The notes under the pieces: model-generated | Told to the model about the DNA's origin: nothing | Database searches by the model: none | What the model saw: the letters and a program-made list of their open reading frames with translations, nothing else | In this document: positions 57,553-64,000 of the stretch, piece by piece | Position numbering within the stretch: position 1 is the stretch's first letter | Layout: every line of letters begins with the position of its first letter | Source: Halobacteriovoraceae bacterium | GTDB taxonomy: Bacteria > Bdellovibrionota > Bacteriovoracia > Bacteriovoracales > Bacteriovoracaceae | Assembly (NCBI GenBank): GCA_020635115.1 | Contig: JACKAK010000004.1 | Span: 115,487 to 179,486, forward strand | Direction of reading: 5' to 3' | Length of the DNA: 64,000 bases | Made by a program: the position numbers and the translations under genes

Positions 57553-59895
57553 TTACTCAGCTTGCTCCCCTGGAACAGTTTCATATTTCTCCATTGCTTG
57601 AATGTAGAGGTTTCGAAAAATGGTGAGATCTCTTTCTATTCCATTCAGAGAAAGTTTAGGGTTTTCTTGTGAAGGTTTACATATCTCAGGAAGATTCTTA
57701 TGAATATCAGCTATACTCGAGAATAGTTCAGAATCAATAATTGCAAATTCTTTTGATTTCTCCAAAAGCTTGTCGTTTATTTCTACTCCTATAGAATTAA
57801 GTAGTTTAAAGTTTTTATACTTGACGAAAAATTGATATTCATTTTGAATGTCAATTGCCTCGGCCAGGAGATCTCCTAACTTTTTTGTCATTTCATCACT
57901 TGTAGGTTGATTCATATCAAAATCTTTCATCTTTTCTCTAAGGTGGCAGGCGCTAGCAGAGAGTGAGTGGATTTGATAAAGTGCTAGGAAGTGAAATTGA
58001 TCATCAGGTCTAATCTTTCGTGGAACATAGGCCTCATCGTATTCGTACATGGCATAGCCAAGTGCAGATCCTGTAGAAATCATAACCATAGATTTTTTAA
58101 AGACTTCATTCCCTGATGGTGTGTTTTCAAAAAGATCAATGGCCTCAGAGAGGTGTGCCGATCCGTCATTGGATGAATGATTCGAAGATTTACTATCATG
58201 TGAAATCCTTTGGAATGTTCCATACAAAGTTTCATTGATGGACGCATTTTGTTTTTCTGATAAATTGGAAGGAGTTTCTTCGATCGTCCTAGCTATTTTA
58301 CTTTTACGAATTCGAGGAATGTAGGAAATAATCGCTGGCACTCTAACTAATTCCATTCTATAAATAAAATTTTCCCATGCCGCTTTAAACTTAATTCTAT
58401 TTTTGTCTTTATCAGCAAGTAGTTTCCCTATTTCAATTGCTTCCTTTTTGGTGATGTTTTCGCCAACGTTAGCTTTATCTGAAAGTTTTTTAATTATCTC
58501 ATTAAGTCTTGCCGGCCGATTTGGTTTGTTTTTTACTTCTGAATCTAGTTTGTTAACAAAAGTGTTAAAATTATCAATTCGTGCTTTTGCTTTTTCTTTT
58601 TGAGAATTATAGTTTTTAACAATCTGTTCGACTTTTTGAGAAAATTCTTCAGGTTGAAAATTTTTATTTTTCAAATACGATAAAATTTTATCAACAATTG
58701 AGTCATACTGAGAGATGTTTTGTGAAGTGAAGATAATTCCATTTTCTACTTCGGTCTGAAAGATACTCATTAAAGACTCTGATTCTTCTTGACTAAACTT
58801 TTTTGACTTTTGAATGTCTTTTATAAAATGATCAAACTTTTTAATTTGTTCAATAGAATGGGAGGTGGTTTCATTTAATTGAGATTTTAGTTTTTCAAGC
58901 ACAGTCATCATTTTATTTGCTAAACTATCATTAAACTTCTCACCATTTTTAATTTTTTTATTTAGACCTTCAGAGATGAGGATTTCCATTTTTGTGAAAT
59001 CCTCAATTGAAACTCCTTCAACAGAAAAATTCTTAAATCTTAATTTTTTGATGAACTCGTCAAAATGAGGGACTATTTCACTTGTTAAAATTTCATTTTC
59101 GTTTACTCTTTTTTTGAGCTCTTCAATCAAAGCGAGGAATTCTTCTTTTTGTTCTTTATTAAGAGAAGCACCTTCTTTTGCCTGTATTTTCAGATCTTTA
59201 ACAAAATTATCAACATCGACAATTTTTTTATAAGCAGTTTTGTCAGGTGCCTGAATTGGTCTTAGATAAAAATCAAATGGAATCATTTTATTTCCGACCT
59301 TAAGAAGTACATCATCAAAATCTTTTTTTAGAGATTTCATGGAGTTAATTGAAAGCTTAAGAGGTTTCATATAACTTTTTTCACTAGAAAGTAGACCGTC
59401 TACAAATTTTTTACATCCAGCTTTAGTAAAGGTCGAATCGATAAGGTTTACAAAACCTAGTGATCCCCATGCTATAATTGCCCCTCCTAGAGCGTGGTTC
59501 CAACCACTTCGAACTTCATCAGATTCAATATCTTCTTGCTTTTTTTCAAAAATTTCATCGCCAATGGACAAAATACCTTCTCTTAAGGATGCATCTTGAA
59601 AATAGAGAACTGTTAAGTAACTTAAGTAAATGTTATGCTGGTGAGCATTGAAGTTTTCTATGAGTTTAATCAATTGATCTCGAGAATGAGCTTGAAAATA
59701 AATATTGGCCTGATCTGGAGTTTGTTCTTGTTGATATCCAAGAGTTGCATTAGTGAGTTCGTAAATTTCAGTCCAATCCTTAAGTTCAAAGTATTTTGCT
59801 ATTTGTCCAATATAAGACTCAGGTTTAACATCATTGGCCTGAGAATAGTTTGAAAAGAAGAGAAATATTACCAATAAAATGATTGCGTTTTTCAT
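57553..59895 (-). CDS. secreted 780-aa orphan protein with internal helical repeats
   Basis: Signal peptide MKNAIILLVIFLFFSNYSQA. A recurring motif (DNFVKDL, HFDEFIKKL, KFDHFIKDI, QYDSIVDKI, DNFNTFVNKL) appears at residues 228, 277, 353, 396 and 440. Its ATG shares one base with the upstream stop (TAATG). Confidence 0.6.
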   Translation of the reverse strand: MKNAIILLVIFLFFSNYSQANDVKPESYIGQIAKYFELKDWTEIYELTNATLGYQQEQTPDQANIYFQAHSRDQLIKLIENFNAHQHNIYLSYLTVLYFQDASLREGILSIGDEIFEKKQEDIESDEVRSGWNHALGGAIIAWGSLGFVNLIDSTFTKAGCKKFVDGLLSSEKSYMKPLKLSINSMKSLKKDFDDVLLKVGNKMIPFDFYLRPIQAPDKTAYKKIVDVDNFVKDLKIQAKEGASLNKEQKEEFLALIEELKKRVNENEILTSEIVPHFDEFIKKLRFKNFSVEGVSIEDFTKMEILISEGLNKKIKNGEKFNDSLANKMMTVLEKLKSQLNETTSHSIEQIKKFDHFIKDIQKSKKFSQEESESLMSIFQTEVENGIIFTSQNISQYDSIVDKILSYLKNKNFQPEEFSQKVEQIVKNYNSQKEKAKARIDNFNTFVNKLDSEVKNKPNRPARLNEIIKKLSDKANVGENITKKEAIEIGKLLADKDKNRIKFKAAWENFIYRMELVRVPAIISYIPRIRKSKIARTIEETPSNLSEKQNASINETLYGTFQRISHDSKSSNHSSNDGSAHLSEAIDLFENTPSGNEVFKKSMVMISTGSALGYAMYEYDEAYVPRKIRPDDQFHFLALYQIHSLSASACHLREKMKDFDMNQPTSDEMTKKLGDLLAEAIDIQNEYQFFVKYKNFKLLNSIGVEINDKLLEKSKEFAIIDSELFSSIADIHKNLPEICKPSQENPKLSLNGIERDLTIFRNLYIQAMEKYETVPGEQAE

Positions 59896-62800
59896 TATTT
59901 TATCTCCTCTTCATCAATATCTTTTTTAGGATAAGCTCTCTCGTTAACAGTCTGTTTTAGTTCTTCCTCTGTGTATTTGGACTTTCTAAAGTATTCTTTA
60001 AATGTCTTATTAAAAACAAAATCTTCTAATGCCCTAAAATCTGGTCTTGTTGGTATTGTGCGAATGATTTCCAAAGTTTCATAAACTGAGCCATCATCCA
60101 TAACTTTTTCAGAGATAACTCTTTTTAGCCCAGCAGCTCTTTCATAAGTTTCACGACGGGTAAGTTTATATTCATCTCCAATGAGGGATAATTGTTTTCC
60201 TTTTCTCATTTCCCAATCATCAAAAATAGTATCAGTATCTTTAATCTTTTTATTCTCATCCGCTTTAAAGACATTTTTTAGTTTATCTATGAAACTGAGA
60301 TTTTCATCCCTTGGAATCTTTTTAAGAAGTTGTCTAGGGTTTCCTGTCCAAATAGATGAGAGGAGATCTTGATAAATTAATTGTCCATAAGTTGAATTGT
60401 TATCTTTTCTTGAAAAATTAAATAGCTTAAGGGTTTCAATTTCCTGTTCTGTCGCACCAGCATTTCTTGCTCTCATGATTTCAGCATCCAGATTTTCTTG
60501 TGTGTTTCTCGTAAAATTCATTGTTGATCTATATTCCTCTGAAATTTTACTGAGAGCATGCTCAACCTTGTGAAATTGATTTCTGGTTAAATTTCCAGAA
60601 CGATAGAGTTGTTCTAATTCTGTAAAAGCATCATTTATTTTATACACATTCCAAGTTGGTTTTATTCCTAAAATTGCAAAATCATGGGTTAAGTACTCTA
60701 ATTTTAACTCTGAAGATTTGTATTGTTTCTCTATTATTGTGTAGACTTCATCTTTTGCTCTTTTGATCTGCTCGTTTAGAAACTTCTCCGACGCTAAGAT
60801 ACCTTCAATGTGTGTTTCAAATGCATTTGTTACCTCGTCTTCTAGTTTGTTTAATTCTGAAGTCTCAATAGTTTTAACAGATTCATTCTTTGGAGATTTA
60901 TTATTTTCAATATCCTTAACTATTGCAAGTTCACCATTCTTTGTTTGTTTCATTGCTAAAAGAGATTTCGATTGGTACTCATTATATTTAGAAAGAAACT
61001 CTTCAAAGGACTTGAGATCAATTTTATTTTCTTTTGCAAACTTTTTGAAACTTTTTGGGTAAACTTTATAAGCTGAATCGAGTGCAGTTAGAATTTCAGC
61101 TCTGGCGATATCGACTTGAATGATTCGATCGATATCATTTGAAGCTTTGTTGTTATGAAGTAATATGGAAAAATCTTTCTTTAGAGTTTTAAACAATTTA
61201 GCATATTCTTTCTTACGTATTCTGGCCATATCAGCGATAATCGAAGGATCCCAAGAAAATGTATTTCCTTTAAATCCAATAACACTAAACACATCGTAGA
61301 GTCTATTGTGCTCCCTTAACTGATAACTACTCGTTTTGAGCAATTTGGGAAAATCTACAAAAACTGTTTCAAAAGGGGCCTTAATTATTCTAAAAGGGTT
61401 AAGCAGAGTCATGAGAGGAACTAATGGCCTATCAGGATCTTCATTTTTCTTAAAATGTTTTCCAATCTCTTTGATTGTTTCAATAGGCATAAGCTTAGAC
61501 CACTTTACATCCTTGAGGGATTTTATTTTTGATAGTTTTAAATCATATCGCTGCGGTTTTGAATATTTTCTCATTTTAAATTTATTTGCAGCTCCAGCAA
61601 CAATCGGAATACCCAAAGCAAACGCTAGCAAAAATACTGCGGTAGAAATGAAGTTTAATAATTCCGCATTATATTGCTGCTCCCTCACTTGAGCATCATT
61701 TTGATTAAAAAGTGCAAATTGTGAATTAAGAGCTGCAATGGAAAGATCATTAATATCATTTTTTTCTAAGCGATCTGTAACGGCGCTCTTCCAAAACTCA
61801 TGGGCGAGATCATAGACAAAGGGATAATTTGCTGAAAACATAAAACCAGTAACGTATGGAAGAAGCGCTTGATCAATTCGTCTCAAAAAGAGAGTTAAAG
61901 GCATCATCATTTTAAAGTTTTTTGTAAGCATTGGAACGACATGTAGAATAATGGAAACTTGAAATCCCCACATAACATATGTATTCATATAAGTGTCCCA
62001 AACTTTTTCACCAACAGACATTCGAAGGTAATCAATTAGAAATTGTCTATTTTCAAATGCCATGGCCGGGGCCATTTGTAGAAGATGTTTTAGAGCTCCA
62101 GAATACTGGACGATGTAAGAAATATCCTCGATCTTTTTTGCATTTTTAACAGCTTCGATGTGTTCTTTGATTGTTTTTTCACTTTTTTCCATTACGATTT
62201 CGACAGCTTTGACTTTTTGTTCTCTAGTAAGGCCCTCGTAAGAAAGAACTTCAAAGAGGTAGGCCTCATCAAGTTCAACGGTTTTTTTCTTTTCTTGCTT
62301 GATCTCCTTTCTTTTTTTCATGACCATGTCATTTGGAAGGTCAATCTGATTATTTAATATTGGGAAGTTAGAGAGAATTTCGGCAATATCAATCTGGTAG
62401 TATGCCTTTAAAGTTTCCTCGTTAAAATCCATCTCTTTTACAGTTGGATTTTTTTCAAAATTATTATCAAACTTAAATAGAGAAATTATATCTTCTAATT
62501 CACTAATTGCACTATCAATATATTCAGAAGTTCCTTTTTTCTCTAAAATCTTTTTGTATTCACCGAAAGCGCCCATATAGTCTTGTTGTCCAAGTATTTG
62601 TTTTGCCATATCACGAGAAACATGACTAAGCAGATTATTGTTCAGATAAGGGGCAATAAGAAACTGAAATTTCTTCATGTCAACGATGTCTGTTTCTATG
62701 AGATCTGCAATTTTTTGATTGTCTTGCTTTTGGATAATCTCGTCGGATGCTTGTCTGAGAATTGAGAAGTAACTAGCTTTAAACTTATTTCCCAAATTAA

Positions 62801-63974
62801 AGGCTTCCGAACTTAGTCCTTGGTCAATAATAGGAACAAGAAGCGTATCACTTATTTCGCTTCTTAGTTCTTGCGCTCTTTGGTCAAGGAGTTCAGATAT
62901 TTTGTCGACATTTTCTTTATTAATATATGGGATGTGAACTTTTTCATCTTTTCCAGGGGTAGTCACTTCATAAGCATGGCCTTCAAGTATTTCAAAAATG
63001 GCATTAATTTTTGAGGTGATGATAATTTCTTTTAAATCACTGGGAAGTGCTTCTTTAGAAAGATCACTTAGCTCGAGTGATTTGGTCTGAGCAATAGATA
63101 CTGCATATTTTAGGTACTCAGAAGACTCTGCCATCTGTAAGGTATCCTCAAGATTAAATTCGAGAAATTCTCTCAGAGTATCTTTTTCTTTCTCACTTAC
63201 TTCAATTGTTTCAACAATAATTTCAGTAAGCTTATAGACAAAATCTCTACTCGCAAAGAGTTTTGAGTTTAATGGATTTTCACCAAGCCAAATCCAAAAA
63301 GCTGTTTGAAAGTCATCTTCTTTAAACTGATCTTTATCAAAAAATGGAAAATGTTTTACAAACTGAAGATATCTCGATGAAATATGTTCGGTTCTTTCAT
63401 TTTCATCTAAAATGAGGGGGAGCATTTCAAGACTTCCTAGCTCTGGATTACTGCTTTGTTTGAAAGGGAAGTAGATTTCTTTTTCACCTTTGTATTTTCT
63501 AATTTCATCATACGAAAAAAGAAGTTGTTGGAGAGTGATGTACTTAACAGCGTCAAAAAAGCCTTTTTTTCGGTCTTCATGTGAGAAATGATGTCTGAGC
63601 ATTACACCTTGATAAAAGATTTTTTTAAAACTGATGATATAATTATCTCCATCTTTTTTTAGGTCATAATTGGTTAGAAGATTGATTTCGTTGTCACCTA
63701 TTTTTTGAGGGATAAAGATGGCAGCGAGATCTTTGAAATTCTCACCTTTTATCTTTAGATTGAAATTATCTAAATCAGAAAGAGCGAATTTTTCATTTTT
63801 GGCACTTAAAATTAATAGGTAGTTGGCCATTAAGGTTGAATACATAACCATCATTTGGGTTAAATTAATATTTGTATGGATTACCTTTTCCTTGGTTTCA
63901 GGATGGATCAATTGTCCGTTAAGTGCTTTTTCCAGTAGTTCTTTCATTTCTAGGGTCGCGCCCTTTTGATCCAC
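59895..63974 (-). CDS. giant (at least 1359 aa) orphan membrane-associated protein; 5' end possibly beyond the window
   Basis: Continuous ORF. The track start is GTG 63974, but the frame stays open to position 64000. Central hydrophobic helices (VMWGFQVSIILHVVPML, LPYVTGFMFSANYPFVY, FISTAVFLLAFALGIPIVAGA). No motif I can name. Confidence 0.6.
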   Translation of the reverse strand: MDQKGATLEMKELLEKALNGQLIHPETKEKVIHTNINLTQMMVMYSTLMANYLLILSAKNEKFALSDLDNFNLKIKGENFKDLAAIFIPQKIGDNEINLLTNYDLKKDGDNYIISFKKIFYQGVMLRHHFSHEDRKKGFFDAVKYITLQQLLFSYDEIRKYKGEKEIYFPFKQSSNPELGSLEMLPLILDENERTEHISSRYLQFVKHFPFFDKDQFKEDDFQTAFWIWLGENPLNSKLFASRDFVYKLTEIIVETIEVSEKEKDTLREFLEFNLEDTLQMAESSEYLKYAVSIAQTKSLELSDLSKEALPSDLKEIIITSKINAIFEILEGHAYEVTTPGKDEKVHIPYINKENVDKISELLDQRAQELRSEISDTLLVPIIDQGLSSEAFNLGNKFKASYFSILRQASDEIIQKQDNQKIADLIETDIVDMKKFQFLIAPYLNNNLLSHVSRDMAKQILGQQDYMGAFGEYKKILEKKGTSEYIDSAISELEDIISLFKFDNNFEKNPTVKEMDFNEETLKAYYQIDIAEILSNFPILNNQIDLPNDMVMKKRKEIKQEKKKTVELDEAYLFEVLSYEGLTREQKVKAVEIVMEKSEKTIKEHIEAVKNAKKIEDISYIVQYSGALKHLLQMAPAMAFENRQFLIDYLRMSVGEKVWDTYMNTYVMWGFQVSIILHVVPMLTKNFKMMMPLTLFLRRIDQALLPYVTGFMFSANYPFVYDLAHEFWKSAVTDRLEKNDINDLSIAALNSQFALFNQNDAQVREQQYNAELLNFISTAVFLLAFALGIPIVAGAANKFKMRKYSKPQRYDLKLSKIKSLKDVKWSKLMPIETIKEIGKHFKKNEDPDRPLVPLMTLLNPFRIIKAPFETVFVDFPKLLKTSSYQLREHNRLYDVFSVIGFKGNTFSWDPSIIADMARIRKKEYAKLFKTLKKDFSILLHNNKASNDIDRIIQVDIARAEILTALDSAYKVYPKSFKKFAKENKIDLKSFEEFLSKYNEYQSKSLLAMKQTKNGELAIVKDIENNKSPKNESVKTIETSELNKLEDEVTNAFETHIEGILASEKFLNEQIKRAKDEVYTIIEKQYKSSELKLEYLTHDFAILGIKPTWNVYKINDAFTELEQLYRSGNLTRNQFHKVEHALSKISEEYRSTMNFTRNTQENLDAEIMRARNAGATEQEIETLKLFNFSRKDNNSTYGQLIYQDLLSSIWTGNPRQLLKKIPRDENLSFIDKLKNVFKADENKKIKDTDTIFDDWEMRKGKQLSLIGDEYKLTRRETYERAAGLKRVISEKVMDDGSVYETLEIIRTIPTRPDFRALEDFVFNKTFKEYFRKSKYTEEELKQTVNERAYPKKDIDEEEIK

Positions 63975-64000
63975 ATACTTGTCCAGGGCGATATTTCCGA

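Noticed and set aside
1-64000. CRISPR arrays, rRNA genes, large tandem DNA repeats
   Set aside because: Reading the intergenic regions, I found no regularly spaced direct repeats and no rRNA-like sequence. The only repeated DNA elements seen are short hairpins and the 11-nt operator-like repeat.

Overview
AT-rich (roughly one third G+C by eye) chromosomal segment of a Gram-negative bacterium, shown by a TolC-type channel, outer-membrane beta-barrels, lipoboxes and many Sec signal peptides. The low G+C, the many orphan secreted proteins, a secreted endonuclease I and a NodB deacetylase fit a marine Bdellovibrio-like predator, but that is inference only. I support about 58 protein genes, 2 tRNAs (Arg-UCU, Gly-GCC), one ISL3-family insertion sequence, three intrinsic terminators and one candidate operator. 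I saw no rRNA, CRISPR array, integrase or prophage. Housekeeping genes: recJ, rsgA, a cyclophilin PPIase, corA, lpdA plus a 2-oxoacid dehydrogenase E2, two KamA-family radical SAM aminomutases and a DTW-domain tRNA modifier. These are interleaved with a tolC-RND-tetR efflux operon, a signalling cluster (XRE, AraC, CheY-like, CBS, YfiR-like plus hybrid kinase, and a PilZ protein elsewhere) and several large orphan proteins. Best candidates for undescribed systems: (1) 36224-40235, a four-gene amide-bond cassette of papain-fold peptidase, RimK-type ATP-grasp with N-terminal extension, GCS2 carboxylate-amine ligase and FGase-family amidohydrolase, next to a PLP decarboxylase and a DAACS transporter. 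(2) 41535-45417, a 1021-aa protein (coiled-coil ectodomain, polytopic membrane block, cytoplasmic ExeA/AAA_22-like P-loop ATPase) translationally coupled to a minimal MscS channel. (3) 57553-64000, two translationally coupled giant orphan proteins beside a secreted endonuclease I. (4) 45695-49425, an orphan gene pair beside tRNA-Gly. Other oddities: a porin gene broken by a single in-frame TGA, a DEDDh exonuclease fused to a WYL-like domain, an RND operon with no adaptor gene, and marked GGCC enrichment driven by codon pairs. All functional calls come from motifs read by eye in the translations. No database search was run.
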